From assembly GCA_951406725.2 (NCBI GenBank), contig OX597819.1, positions 86,490,001-86,554,000 on the forward strand: a stretch of 64,000 nt of DNA, in the 5' to 3' direction. This document shows, piece after piece, positions 36,970 through 51,138 of this stretch; the stretch's first letter is position 1; each line of letters opens with the position of its first letter. The translations under genes and the position numbers were made by a program. Source of the stretch: Octopus vulgaris (Eukaryota). The notes beneath the pieces are model-generated. The model was not told the origin of the DNA, made no database searches, and worked only from the letters and a program-made list of their open reading frames with translations.

Positions 36970-39900
36970 TCCTAGACAAACCAAAACCTTGAGTTGATTT
37001 AGTGGGCTTAAACACGTGTGTGTGTGTGTTTGTTTGTGCGTACCTTGTATAGACATCAAGTGCTGGTTGTAAATGAGCATCACCATTATATAAGTCATGT
37101 TGCTCATTTAGTCTTTCATCAGAAACATGTCTGGGAATAGGAAATAGTACCTCTCTTGGAAATAGTTGAGGGTTGGTGACAAGAAAGGAATCTGACCGCA
37201 GAAAATCCGCCTCAACAAAATCTGTCTGACCCATGCAAGCACAGAAAAGTGGATGTTAAATCATGATGTGGACATGGGTTGTAATATCACTAAAGTGTCC
37301 AGATATATTGAAGGGAGCCTTTTCAGTAATGGACCTCCACACCTGAGAATATTCACTCATATGAACAGAAAAAAAAAAAAAACATTACAAAATTACTGAA
37401 ACTCATTTTACAGAGGAGATTTTACATTTTACAGACGAGAACATGTTACATGATATTTGGCAGAGTTGCTGGAATGTCGATAAGTCCGACTGCCATGAGA
37501 AGTGAAATGCTTATTGTTTCTGACTCTTGTCTGAATGCAGAGAAAGATGAAGATGTAGATCTTCGCCAATTTCTTCCCTTTCTGGGTTTTAAATAAATAA
37601 TCTGTTATTAATTCAACTTCATGGTGTATCTCATAAAGAGCATGATGCAAAAAAAAAAACCTCCATCAAAACCTTTCACAGCAATCTCCTTATTACTTTT
37701 TAAGAGTGTTAGTAGGTTAATGACATTATACATCATAACTGCTTATTATTATCATCTATACAAAGAGTGTTCATCATCATCATCATCATTGTTTAATGTC
37801 ATTCTTCCATGCAGGTATGGGTTGGACAGTTTGAAAGGAGCTGGCCAGGCAGAAGACTGCACCGTACTTCTGTGTCTGTTTTGGCATGGTTTTTTTCATA
37901 GCTGAATTTCCTTCCTAATACCAACCACCCTGCAGAGTGGGCTGAGTGCTTTTTACATGACACCAGGACAGGTGAGGTCAGTTTTGGCATGGTTTGTTTT
38001 TTACAGTCGAATGCCCTTCGCAAATGCTAACCACATTACAGTGTGAACTGGATGCTTTTTAAGTGGCACCAGCACTGGCAAGTTCACCAAGTAACTTGCA
38101 AAACAAAGAATCTTTGGAGGAGGTGATCTTGTGTCACATGAAAGGTTATAGTGAAACAGATCTCTTATTGTGGAGGTTATCCAGCCAGAGAGAGAGAGAG
38201 AGGGAGAGAGAATTAACAAGAAAGGGGGCGGAAATAGGTGTGCTGCTGTAAAGGAGATACATGGCTACCAAGAGAGAGAGAGACGAAGAGAGAAAGACAG
38301 ACAGACAGAGACTGTAAAAAATAGCTCAAGAGTGTAAACTTTAGATTAAACTTCAAATATTTGTTGGGGAGCTAACAAAATGCCTAGTACAATCCCCCAG
38401 TTTCATCTAAATGTCAAATAGGTGTCGCAGCTATTTTCAAGTAAAAAAAAATCATCTACATGAAATTCTAATCAAAATTTTGCTTTGTCTAACATGTCGT
38501 AATAGTATAATGTATTTTAATTATAATTACAGTGGTAATTAAATATAAGTATAATTATAACTAAAAATAAAATATACAGCTTGCAGAAGACAAGAAAAAT
38601 AGCAGCTCCAAACTTGTCATTCTAAGCAGGAACTATGAAGACAAGCACTGAACTTGCTGAACTTTATTAGTTGTGGTATAAATACTTTTGATGCCATATT
38701 TCTTTTGAAACACACTGCTTTTGTTTCAAGTAATTTTGAAAATAATGAAGAATTTAGTAAAATATTTTGTCATTATTAATTTAGGGTTTGGAAAATAAAT
38801 TAACATGAAAATTTGATGGAAGGTTTCGATTTAGATCACTTAAAAACAAGAAGCTTATATCATTGTACCAAGAACAGCCTCAGGTGGGTTGGCATCAAAA
38901 GTTGCAACCTTAGTGTACAGTATACTGTGTTCTGTTCCTGGGCAAGATACAGCATGCTAGCTGCCCCATTTGCTTGGTTGGCCTCAAAAAATAGGTTTCA
39001 CATTGAGGGGTTTGTGATGAAATGGGACATCCAAACCAAAATGAAACAAAAAACAAAACAATTGCAGCAACAGATGCACCACACTATCCATATAAGGAAA
39101 ATGAATGCAAAACAATAACAGAAATAACACTTCACAAGGCTTAGAAGCAGAAACCAAAACTTATATAGAAACTGTGTCTAAATAAAACAAAATGATGAAG
39201 GTAAATGGAACAAAATATCAGAAAAAACTAAAGCCTACAACTCTTTTGATACAAATCCACCCAAGACTACCACCTCTGGTTCTATAACTCATTCATCATG
39301 CCTTAAAGTAGTCTAAATGTAAATCTATCAAAATTCTAGGTTAATTTGTTCCAAACATCAGCTTAATAATGAAAAATATTTTACTAAATAATTCATTATT
39401 TCCAGAACTAACTACAAAAAAGTAATGCATTTCAACAGAAATGTGGTAACAAAAGTCTTAATGTCTAAAAATATAACAGGCATGAATAGGTGCAAAATAA
39501 ATAAAGATATCCTTTTCGAAGGTACTTCCCATAATTAAGAAGAATATGGAACTTCTGAACAAATTATAAATGTTTACCAAAATATTGTGTAAGTCATAAC
39601 CACATATTTTCCATTGCACTGTAGTTGATAAACATAATTCAACTTTGTATGGAACTTTCTAAGATAATGGGCAAGGTATTTGAACTCAAGGAAAGAATTC
39701 ATTACATGGATAGCTAAATGAGTGACCAAAGAATGTATTTAAAGGTAAAAGAAATATAGGTAGAAACATCATAAGTAAATGCAGATTCACAACCTATTTA
39801 TGCTAACTTATAATGTACAAGTAATTTGGCAAGAATGCAGTCATTCAGTTCACTCACCATATACAATGCATTTGATTATTGTAATTGCAAATGTATTCAA

Positions 39901-40508
39901 TGAAGACAATGCATTCAATCAGTGAATATATATATCCTTCCAACAATTTGCTTATATGTTTGACATGAAAAGTATTTTATCAGAGAAGTCTGAAAAAATT
40001 ATGTTTGTTTTGTTTGCCAATAAAACTTGGTTGTTAAATAACAGCAAAATCTATTTGAAATAATGAGAAATCAAGCAAAACCAATAATTTGCATGAAGAA
40101 ATACAAGAACGATTATTTGAAAAGCTCTGAAAACTAAATGTCTTACTGATACATAAATGGCTCAACATTGATGATAAAATGAAAATTTTGAAGCATATAT
40201 CAGTTGTTCTTCATTAATTTTTGCAAAAACGTTTTACATTGTAGAAGTAATTTCCAAGCTACAAATCCTCCAGCAGAGAAGATGAAGAAAAAAAAAGTTT
40301 TGTTATTTGAGATGCACAAAATATATTGTCATATTGAGCATGCAATAAAGTATATGGATGTGAAATTCACAAAACGAAGAATGTATTTGTTAGCAGAAGT
40401 GAAGCCTAACACTTGCAGCAAGGTCTTTTGTGAGATAAATGAGCAGAATAACCCAACAATTTCATTTCTTCTTAGAGCACACAATCTTATTTAATTTTGT
40501 GAACTTAA

Positions 40509-40727
40509 CCCTTTTGATACCAACCTGCTTGAAACTCCCTCTGGCCCTGTCATACAAATGTCTTGTTTTCAAAAGTTCTGAATTAAAATCTTCCACCAAA
40601 CCTTAGTCACAATTTATGTTCCTAACACTAGCTTAATGATTAAGTTATTTTACTAAATTCTTTGTTATATTTAAAATTAATTGAAAGAAACACAGAGCAT
40701 CTCAACAGAAATATGGTAACAAAAGGG
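40509..40727 (+). mobile_element. piggyBac-derived MITE
   Basis: TTAA-CCCTTTTGATACCA...TGGTAACAAAAGGG-TTAA. Ends resemble 12803-13880. Decayed relatives at ~39240-39461, ~38690-38910 and ~1290-1475. Confidence 0.8.
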
Positions 40728-41370
40728 TTAAACAAAATTTCTGGATGTAGACAATCCCTTTAAATACCATTATGTTTTAGGTTGTTGTTTACCACAGTAT
40801 GATTTGCAGAAAGGTAAAAACCAAGTTTCAACTTTCATTACATCGTTATCTAATAAAAAAGATGCGGGAAGGGGCAATTATATTCATGGATTAATAAAAG
40901 GTGTAAAAAATAATTATAAATAACAAAAGTGAAACTGTGGCTGCATTTAGATAAAGTACATTCAACAATAAAGAAATAAATATAAGCAATCAATTGGCTT
41001 GAAGATCAGAAGCTAAAATGCATCATGAAACACGTTTCAATTAAGATTCAAAAAATATACAAAGAAAAAAATAATGTTGGTTGGAAATATTTAAGGTTAT
41101 CATTCTTTACCATAGCTGAAAATTTTTAGCAGAAAAGTATGAAAATAACTAACAGTTATATTGATCAATATTATCTGATAAAAATTTTGACTGATTAAAT
41201 TTACTATGCTGATGCAACAACAATATACTAAGGCTACGTATCTGGAAAGAGGAGAAAAACTTTATTGTATATTATTATGCAGGTTCTTAAAGGTGTTAAA
41301 GACATTAACAAGTGACTGTTTTAAGATACATTTATAAGTGTGTGTGTGTTTCTTTGTGTATGTTTTCTAA

Positions 41371-42095
41371 GATATAGTCATGTAGCGAGAATGGATGAGG
41401 ATAGCTGTGTGAAAAAGTGCCACACCCTAGAGGTTGAGGGAACTTGTGGAAGAGGTAGACCCAGGAAGACCTGGGCTGAAGTGGTGAAGCATGACCTTCG
41501 AACTTTAGGCCTCACTAAGGAAATGACTAGTGACCGAGACCTTTGGAAATATGCTGTGCTTGAGAAGACCCAGCAAGCCAAATGTGACCATAACCTCGTT
41601 TGCCTGTGCCAGGGGTTTAACCAGCCCACTTGTGCATACCTTTTCCTTCTCTGCTTGCGAAGACCTGTTGAGGCAACTGAAATCGAAACCGAAATCAAAA
41701 TCAAAGTGAAATTCGATGACGGGCACAAGCACCATCTGAGCGTGATTGTTGCCAGAGCGGCTAACTGGCTTCCGTGCTGGTGGCATGTAGGAGGCACCAT
41801 TCGAGCGGGATCGTTACCAGCATCACCTTACTGGCACCTGTGCCGTTGGCATGTGTAAAAAATTCAAGTGAGGTCGTTGCCAGTACCGCCTGACTGGCAA
41901 CCGTGCCAGTGGCACGTAAAAGCACCCACTACACTCTCGGAGTGGTTGGCGTTAGGAAGAGCATCCAGCTGAAGAAACTCTGCCAGATCAAGACTGGAGC
42001 TTGGTGCAGCCATCTGGTTTGCCAGCCCACAGTCAAACCGTCCAACCCATGCTAGCATGGAAAGCAGACATTAAACAACGATGATGATGATGATA
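41371..42095 (+). mobile_element. RTE-LINE 3' fragment (ORF C-terminus, UTR, GAT tail)
   Basis: HVARMDEDSCVKKCHTLEVEGTCGRGRPRKTW...DRDLWK followed by the family UTR. Confidence 0.9.
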
Positions 42096-43022
42096 TATAC
42101 TGAAAGCACACTAATTAAATTAGCATTTAGTAGAAATATTTTTGGTTTATTATTAAACTGATGGGAAAGCACTTGTAATCAGGAAAATATTTCCTGATAG
42201 ACTTTGTCCATATTCAATTCTTGAAAATAAGCTAAAGTAATAGAAAAATTTTAATTATTTTTTCTGACACATAATCTCCACACATCTCTTCCCAGAATTT
42301 CTTGAGAAAATTATGCATAATGAATATTATTTATTTTCTTATCTCTGAGAATTCTTTCAGTATAGTCTTAGATTAATTACATGATCAAGAAATAATAAAA
42401 ATACATTTCTACTCACAAACAAAGAATTTAATAGTTATCATAGGAAGAAAAATTTAATAGTTATCATAGGAAGAAAAATTTAATAATGCTTAAGATAAAG
42501 TTGACAAACAAGCATGAAAAACATAAGGGAAATACTCTAGGGTTAACAATAATGCTTGAAGAAACTTATTAAAGTAAATTTATGTCTATAAAAGCAGAAA
42601 ATGTATTTTGAGACAATACCAGATTTTGTTTGTGCAAAAGATAGGAATCTGGAAGCCCAAATAAATTAGTTATTGATAAGGCACTTAAATACTTATGATT
42701 ATGTATTTGTTCAATATTCACTATGTGCTAGGACAATGATGAAATGATATGAAGATATAGAAAAGTATAAGGAGAGAAAGGATGATAAATATAAAAGTTA
42801 GTAATGTCCAAATATGATTTAAAATCGATGATTAGTTAATGTTCTTCAACAACATACACAGACATGGCTATGCGCTTAAGAAGTTCACTTCACAACAATG
42901 TGGTTTCAGGTTCAGTCCCACTGAGTGGCACCTTGGACAAATGTCTTCTGCTATAGCCTATTGAGCCAACCAAAACCTTGTAAGTGAATCTGATAGGTGG
43001 AAACTGCATGGAATCCTATATA

Positions 43023-43807
43023 CAAGGGAGTACCCAAAAGAAACTGGAATTTTGAAATATCATTTTATTCACTTACTTTTGCATGTTTACACTTTTATCA
43101 CCTTCAGAGTATTCTCCATTTGAAGCAATACATCAGTCCAGGTGCGTTTTCCACAGTTCAAAGCAGTGCTGGAACTCTTGCAAAGTGACACCTTTTAACA
43201 CCTCAGTCATTTTTTTTTTCACCTCTTCTACATCTGCAAATTCCATAACACCAACTTTCGTCACCAGTTATGATCATTAAAAAAAGGTCTGGATCAATTT
43301 CCAACTGTTTTTTCCGTTCCCGACACACAACTCAGTCCTGACTGCTTTTGGTCTTCTGCAAGCAAGTGAGGCACAAATTTTGCTGCAACTCTTTTCATCC
43401 ACAATTTCTCACTCAAAATTCGTTGGCAGGAGCTCCAGGACACACCAGTCATATCAGAAAGTTAGTCAATTGTTCAGTGATGGTCCTCCTAAGGCATGAA
43501 AACCATTTGTAAACTTTTGCTCATAGCGGCACCCTCGTAAGCTGTTTGAGGCATGACAACTGTTTCAACTGCCGTCGTCCCCAGCAGAAAACAGAATCTC
43601 ACAGAAACATGCTGTTCTTTCGTTTCAGCCACTGCACAAATCGATGAAATAGGGAGAAGCACCACGTGGAAGTAGGATTACACTACACAACGCCGGTCAG
43701 CATACTGATGCCTCAGGGTTGCATCAAGGCTCCTAGTGGTGGAAGCCTGAACTACAATGGACTTGTCCCACAGAGAACATTTCCAGTTACTTTTGGCTAT
43801 CCCCTTG
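43023..43807 (-). mobile_element. Decayed mariner-like DNA transposon
   Basis: TA-flanked TIRs caagggagtacccaaaagaaactggaa / ttccagttacttttggctatccccttg. Minus-strand C-terminus WKTHLD*CIASNGEYSEGD. Confidence 0.78.
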
Positions 43808-44039
43808 TATATGTATGTATATATTTATATACGAATGCATGCATGCATATCTGCACTACATGTCTTTGACAACCTGTGCTGATTTGTTTATATCACCACA
43901 ACTTATCAGGCAGGCAAAATAAGTACCAGACTTTAAAATAAATGTTCTTTGGAAACTAACTTCAGAGAGTGAGGATGCTTGAGTTTAAGAGTCATCATGT
44001 ATGTTACCAAAAGAAATCATGAAAAATGTGTAATAGATG

Positions 44040-44197
44040 AACAGAGTGGTTGTGTGGTAAGTAGTTTGCTTACCAGCTACATGGTTCTGGGTTCAGTCCC
44101 ACAGCGTGGCACCTTGGGCAAGTGTTTCTACTATAGCCTCGGGCCAACCAAAGCTTTGTGAGTGGATTTGGTAGACAGAAACTGGAAGTAGCCCATC

Positions 44198-44249
<52 letters not shown>

Positions 44250-44470
44250 GTGTGTATATGTTTGTGAATCTGTGTTTGTCCCTCCAGCATTGCTTGATAA
44301 CTGATGCTGGTGTGTTTATGTCCCCCGTAACTTAGAGGTTCGGCAAAAGAGACCGATAGAATAAGTACTAGGCTCACAAAGAATAAGTCCTGGGGTCGAT
44401 TTGCTCGACTAAAGGCAGTGCTCCAGCATGGCTGCAGTCAAATGACTAAAACAAGAAAAAGAGTAAAAGA
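44040..44470 (+). mobile_element. Full-length tRNA-derived SINE family A
   Basis: Reverse complement of 15297-15700 with an expanded central (TA)n. Confidence 0.85.
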
Positions 44471-44964
44471 GACCCATTGTTGTGATGTAGCATCCAGGCT
44501 TTGTTTGTCCCTACTTTAGGCCTCTTAATTTAACTGCCTCTCACAAATAACTCAGTATATCTTTATTGATCACATAGCCATGTAGAAAAATCTCATGTTG
44601 AACAATACCCTACCAATCCAAAATTAAGTTAACAACCAAAATATCTGAGCAAATCTGTCATTCGTATTTTTTTAATTTTTGGTTGCATTGACAATGATAC
44701 ATTCAACTGCAATAAGTGCTTTATTGTTTTGATGTCGAAGCCACACATCCACGCTTAGTCACATGGGACAACATTTTTAGGAAGTTATTATCAACATTTG
44801 AAAGATCAAACCACTCTCCTGACTGTGAGTATCCCTACTGATACAAAACAGTTTCAGTCAAAACCCTTCTTAGATGAGCATTTAATTTTCCATTTTCTAC
44901 AGAAACCTTAGCCATTTAGTATTCAGATTATTCTGTCAAATGTGATGTTTTGTTAATTTATATT

Positions 44965-45510
44965 CATCATCATCATCATTTAACGACCGTTTTCCGTGCT
45001 AGCACAGGTTGGACTGTTCAACCGGGGTCTGGGAAGTCAGGAGAGAAAGGATGATAAATATAAAAGTTAGTAACACTCTGTGAGTGTAGTGGGTGCTTTT
45101 TACATGCCACTAGCACAGAAGCCAGTCAAGGCAGCGCTGGCATTGGCCACATTCGGATGGTGCTTTTTACGTGCCACCGGCACAGGTATCACAACTACAA
45201 TTTCCATTTGATATATTTTGATTTTGATGGAATGGCTCAATGTCTCCTCAAGCACAGCAGGTCACCCTACAATCCAAGGTAAGGTAAGCACAGCAGGTCG
45301 TTCTGCAATCCAAGGTACTTTGGATGGGCTGGGGCTGCTATGTGAAGCTGGTGCAGGAAACAGCCATGAACTCACGTTATTTGTCGGGTCTTCACAGTCA
45401 CAGCATATCTCCAGAGATCTCAGTCTTTCGTCATTGCCTCTGTGAGGCCCAACGTTCGAAGGTCATGCTTGACCACCTCATCCCATGTCTTCCTGGATCT
45501 ACCTCTCCCT
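44965..45510 (-). mobile_element. RTE-LINE 3' fragment nested in a TTAA-type MITE (44905-45691)
   Basis: (CAT)n tail, UTR and ORF C-terminus. MITE halves flank both sides. Confidence 0.8.
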
Positions 45511-46769
45511 CACATATTGTTTTGAATTAATTATGAATTATCTCATTGCCTTGAAATTTCAATGTTGCAATTGCTTAGATTTAGAATGACATTGTAGGAA
45601 TGAGGTGAGAGGCCAGATCTGGCCATTTCTAACATAAAACAGGTTAAATATTTTGGCGAGATATAAAAGGTTTGAATACTGAAGGGTTAAATTAGAAAAT
45701 ACTACACATAAAATAAACATTAGTAAATAATAGGCATCGATACATTAGTGTGAAAACACATAGCATGGTATAAAGGTGTTGAGCTCCCAACTGTTAAGTA
45801 TTGGGTTCAATTCTCAGACTGCTCAGCACATTGTGTCATTGAGCAAAACAATTCATGTTGCTCCAGTACACCCAGTTGTCTACAGTGAAGAATTTTCTCC
45901 ATAACAAAACACAGGGAAAGACTTTTTTTATGAGTTTCAATATGCCCCAAGCATATTTGAACTGCTAATAACCTTGTTTTTATACAATCACTGCTTAGCA
46001 CTGCCACCCCAAAATTTTCATTGTGATGAGCTGTCAGTTAGTGCTATAATGGGAATATCAAAAGAGAGACAGTCTCTCCTATGAGCTTGTAGCACACCCT
46101 ATCTAGTTTCTGTAATTGAAGAGGAGATAACCATTTCAAAATGCTCATATCTCACACTCAAAGTAGGTGGTGCTGCAAGTTGATTTGGTGTATTTCTCTG
46201 TATATTTGTCTACAGTGAGAAATTTTCTCCATGACAAAGCAGAGTGAACAGCTTTCTTATGGGTTTGAAGATGTCCCAAGCATACTTCAACTAGTAATAA
46301 CCTTGTATTTATACTCAACTGAAAATGAGTACTTATAACATTTGGGTTAGCTCTGTGCAACAGACTGACATACCCTACAGTGACGACTCTTCCACTATAC
46401 TTTGAAAATCCAGATAAACTCCAGCATCATGAGCCTGTAGGCACAAGACAATTAAAACACCTGATTACTACATCAGGCCATAAAGCAATACAGGAACATC
46501 AGGCCATAAAGCAATTGACATTAAACAAACAGATGCAACACTACGACATATATCATACAAGAACCAAATGAATAATTCATTAAAACACTCATAAAACAAC
46601 ACAAACTTATCATAAGCATGTATTATGATAACACCAGAGTGAATGACTATATTATAGTTAAAGAGTTGGTATTCCTCATACAAGATGAGAAAGGGCCAAT
46701 TTTTATCCCAAGCCATCAAGAGCAAGAGCAAAGATCACGCTATAAAGCCTTTGGACAAACTCAAGCATC

Positions 46770-47475
46770 CCCTCTATCCAGGCAGGCTTTGGTATTTCTC
46801 AGACAAGAATAATTTCTAACAGCACCACATGGTGAACACACAGAAAAAGCCGTTGGCTTGTTGTGTCCACAAAACATATACTGTGAGTGATAAAAATCGA
46901 ACATCCAGTCAACATCATGGTGTTTGGAGTGATCACTAGTGATGGCGACATTATGCTTCCATTCATCTTCCCACATGACCTCAGACTCATTAAGTGCATG
47001 GAGAAGGTGGTGCTGCCCTGGGTCAAGAAAGTGACTGATGGAAGGCCCTATGTCTGGCTACAGGACTCTGCACCATGCCACACAAGTAGTAGAACCCAGT
47101 CATGGCTGTCAGACAATTTCTGTGACCACATCACCCCTAACTTGGCAGACTGCAACCCTCTTGATTATTATGTGTCGGGTGCAGTTGATTGAGAGACCAA
47201 CAAAACTCCTTGTAACACCAAAGATGAACTGACAGTAAGGATTATGGCAGCATGCACCAACTTAAACAAGTGACTGTCCCAGACGAGTTGCAGGAAATTC
47301 CAAAGTTGTCTGGAGGCCATAGTTGAAGCCAATGGTGATTTTATTGAATAAATTTACTATTTAGTATTTCAAGATATTTTATGTAATTTTGGTAAATATA
47401 CCTGTTAAAATGAGATGTCAGTGTTATTTTCATTTTTGTGTAATTTAGACAACAATTTATTCACTGCAACCTGTA
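46770..47475 (+). mobile_element. Tc1/mariner-superfamily (DD37D/maT-like) transposase 3' fragment
   Basis: HPVNIMVFGVITSDG...YVWLQDSAPCHTS...DCNPLDYYVSG...VEANGDFIE*. Ends ...gcaacctg-TA. Confidence 0.8.
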
Positions 47476-47510
47476 TATATATATATATATATAAATTGTA
47501 TGTGTGTATA

Positions 47511-47744
47511 CATCATCATCATCGTCTAATGCCTGCTTTCCATGCTGGCATGGGTTGGATGGTTTGACTGAGGGCTGGCGAGATAGAAGGCTGCACCAGG
47601 CCCCAATCTGATCTGACAAAGTTTCTACAGCTAGATGCCCTTCCTAACGACAACCCCTAAGAGTGTAGTTGGTGCTTTTCCATGCCACCAGCACGAGGGC
47701 CAGTCAAGCGGTACTGGCATCAGATATGCTCAAATAGTGCTTTG
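47511..47744 (-). mobile_element. RTE-LINE 3' fragment
   Basis: (CAT)n tail plus family UTR. Confidence 0.75.
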
Positions 47745-48052
47745 TATACTCTTATTCTGTGAAATGGACAAGCTGAGTATCATTTCAATATTCCATGGAT
47801 TGAACCTGCAACAGGATAAGCAATTGCAAACAAAAAGGTGTTGTCAAATGACTCCTATTCTTACCAACTGATGTCAAGACCAAAACAATCAAATCAATTA
47901 CACATGTCAAATAAACTTTATTTTCATTTACATATTTTCTACATCATTTCAATAACTGGTTATTTCAAATACACTTCTCTACAACAAACAGATTTCAATC
48001 CATGGAATATTGAAATGATACTCAGTTTGTTCATTCCACAGAATAAGAGTAT
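47745..48052. mobile_element. MITE with ~62-bp TIRs
   Basis: tatactcttattctgtgaaatggacaagctgagtatcatttcaatattccatggattgaa is inverted at ~47994-48052. Confidence 0.75.
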
Positions 48053-48308
48053 ACTAGAGAGCATGTTAAGAGGGATGAATGTGTGTCTTGAACACGAATG
48101 AGAATATCATGATTTTCATGGTGATCACCAAGTATAAGAATGGCTACTCCATTAGATGTGGCCTGATTAAAACAGAGTAAAATATTCTTTACTATAGTTT
48201 ACTTTAGACATAATGAACGCAGAAAGACACACACACACACTCATAGAATTGATAATATTGAAAACAGCAAAATGTACACATACGAACTTCAAGTGAGATG
48301 AAATGTAG

Positions 48309-48630
48309 TCGGTGGGACTGCAAAACACTCATCCCAATCAACTAAACTGACCTTCCTGATTTTTTTTTAAAACCAGATTGCTATGTTTTTGATGACAGAT
48401 TCCGAATATGCAAAAAACCATATTTTCAAACTTTTTAATTCCTCCTCCCCCACCCCACCAAATTTCTAACTTTTAAAACTTTTTTCAAAGATTAAATTAA
48501 AAATTTCGAAAACGTGTTTTTTTTTTGCATGTTCAGAATCTCCGTCATCAAAAACGTAAGAATCCAGTAAAAAAAAAAAAATCGGAAAGGTCAGTTTAGG
48601 GTGGGGTGACTGTCTTCCAGTTCCACCAGC
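48309..48630. mobile_element. Foldback-type MITE with ~130-bp imperfect inverted arms
   Basis: ctaaactgaccttcc...tttttgatgacagattccgaatatgcaaaa is inverted as ttttgcatgttcagaatctccgtcatcaaaaa...gaaaggtcagtttag. Confidence 0.65.
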
Positions 48631-49529
48631 AAAAGTTACTAAATGTAGTCAATATAGGTGCAAAACATACTTTCAGTAGCATAGTTTTGCTACAAAAAAA
48701 AAGGAAAGTCACCAATTTAGCAAAAGCTACTAGGAGTCACCAATGTAACAATGTACAGAAAGTTGATATTTATTTGGAATATGTACTAAATGCTATAAAA
48801 TTAATGACCGAATGAATGTAACGGTGAAGAAAGTCAAAGTCCAAGAAAATTCAGGAGGCATAATTCAATTTTTCATACGAAAATAATTTATTTTACAATT
48901 TTGAAACAAACACTGAACCAAGTGTATAAAAAGGAAGATGCCGTTTTTAAACTGTGTAACATTATAGGCTGTAGAACAAATATTGACAGTAACAAGATTG
49001 TGCAACGTTGATACTAACAGTGATGAAGAAGCTTAGGAGAACTGTTAAAAATTATCTTGAAACTGGTTACAAGGAGTGGAATAACATTTCTGTAATTATA
49101 TTCAAAGAGCCGGTGAGGCTATCTACTTTGTCAAGTTTCCAAATTTGTTATAATAACCAGAATAATATATTTTCCTCAGATATACTTGCAAGCATTGTGA
49201 GTGGTGTTAAATCAGCCAAATCTTCATGTTGGTAGTATTTGAAAGAGAACATTGTTGTTTGTTTGAAGTCCAGGCCGCGAGTAAACTTTCTATATCAGTG
49301 TGTTCCACTGATGGTGGGGGAGGGAGAAATTGCATACATAAACTAAGAGACACAAACACACACACACATACACATATATGTACATTAACGCACACCTGAA
49401 GCCTATCTCTGTCCCTGTGTGTGTGTCTGTCTCTGTCTTTAGATGTGTGTGTGTCAGTCGTCACAAAAAAGGATGTATACTGACAGTCACATACACCATC
49501 ACACACACACATACAAACTCTCTTTTATA

Positions 49530-49597
49530 GTTATAGATATATAAATATAGATATATATATGATGTATGTATATATATAAAAATATATAATGATTATA

Positions 49598-49637
<40 letters not shown>

Positions 49638-49935
49638 CATATATATATATATAATAATTTATTTTATAATCATATACATAATTATAACAAGGGTCAGCTT
49701 TATGCCTCACCACGCACTGCAAGAAATAGACGCTAAAGCCCTAGTTACCAAATTAAAATCTCCGAGAATAACACTATATTGTAGGTGAGCAAAAGAAAAA
49801 TAATGAATCAACATATATATATATATATAATTATATGTATATAATTATAAAATATCTCGTAAAATTTACCTATGAGGTTTTTATTTCTGCACTGACCACC
49901 TGGTGAAACTATTATTGATTTTACCCTTTTATTAT

Positions 49936-49967
<32 letters not shown>

Positions 49968-50096
49968 TATATAAAGATAAATTAAATAGATACTATTGAC
50001 AATACAATAATTTACTTATAATATTACATGATATACTATGAATATGATTTAACATAACATTATATAACATAAACAATTATTTAAAAAAATCATGTT

Positions 50097-50136
<40 letters not shown>

Positions 50137-50968
50137 GCATGTGGTTATGTATATATAAACTTACTTTGAAATGGATGCGTAGCATTCAATTTAATAATAC
50201 GATATATATATATACATATATGTGTACAGGATATCACCAACTGTGTAAGCAACATGAATTATGAAAACAAACGATTTAATATGCAAACAACATGAGAAAA
50301 AGTGGAAAATGGACAACTAACGCCACCCATCTATCTCCAAGTAAGTTTATCTTGACCTTTTTGATACGACTCTATTCTTTACTGTTTTCTTCCTCCATCC
50401 TTCTCTAATTCCCTTTTTCTCCCCCGTTACAGTTTGCTCTCTCTCTTTCTCTTTTTCTCTCATTGCACACGCGTGACCATCATCCATCTTTCTTTTCCTG
50501 CATGGCCATTCAAAGGACTGGATGTTTTCTTTCTCTCTCTTCTATCATTCCTCTTTTCAAAGAAAATATTTCTCCTGCCATTCACTATTTTCCTCTAGTT
50601 CTGGTCTAACAATCCCCCATATTTCTTTTCATTTGGTTTCCTTGCATGTCTCCACTGTCCAGTTTTTGTTCCCAACCTTTGGGAATTTATGGGAGCAACT
50701 GTCTTTGAAGACTCATATTGTCGTTGAATGCTCGAAATGAGGAGTAGTTAGACAGCCAACAACCAATGAAGGGTCATTCGCTGTGTTTTCTTGTCCAGTT
50801 TTCCATTTTTTTTCTCGTTGTTTGGATATTTAACTTGTTTGTTTTCGAATTTGATGTTGTTTACACATTTGCTGATGTTCTGTATCCATATATGCATATA
50901 TATATACATACATATATATATATATAATGTACATATATACATACATATATACACACATATATGTGTGT

Positions 50969-50999
<31 letters not shown>

Positions 51000-51065
51000 T
51001 ACACACATATGTGTATATAAATATATATATATATATTATATACATATATACATATATATATATCA
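49530..51065. repeat. (TA)n-rich microsatellite cluster with embedded repeat fragments
   Basis: Multiple TA/TACA runs separated by 200-700-bp non-simple inserts. Confidence 0.85.
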
Positions 51066-51138
51066 ACAATTGAAGGTAAAATTAATTAATTAATTAATCT
51101 CACCAAGTGTTCAGTATGTAAAAGGACCATTTAAGGCG

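Noticed and set aside
37429-37650. 73-aa minus-strand ORF
   Set aside because: No homology I can recognise and no convincing splice sites.
50690-50785. Degenerate hammerhead (TTGAAGA...CGAAA...GTA)
   Set aside because: The core boxes are mutated and I could not build a consistent three-stem fold.
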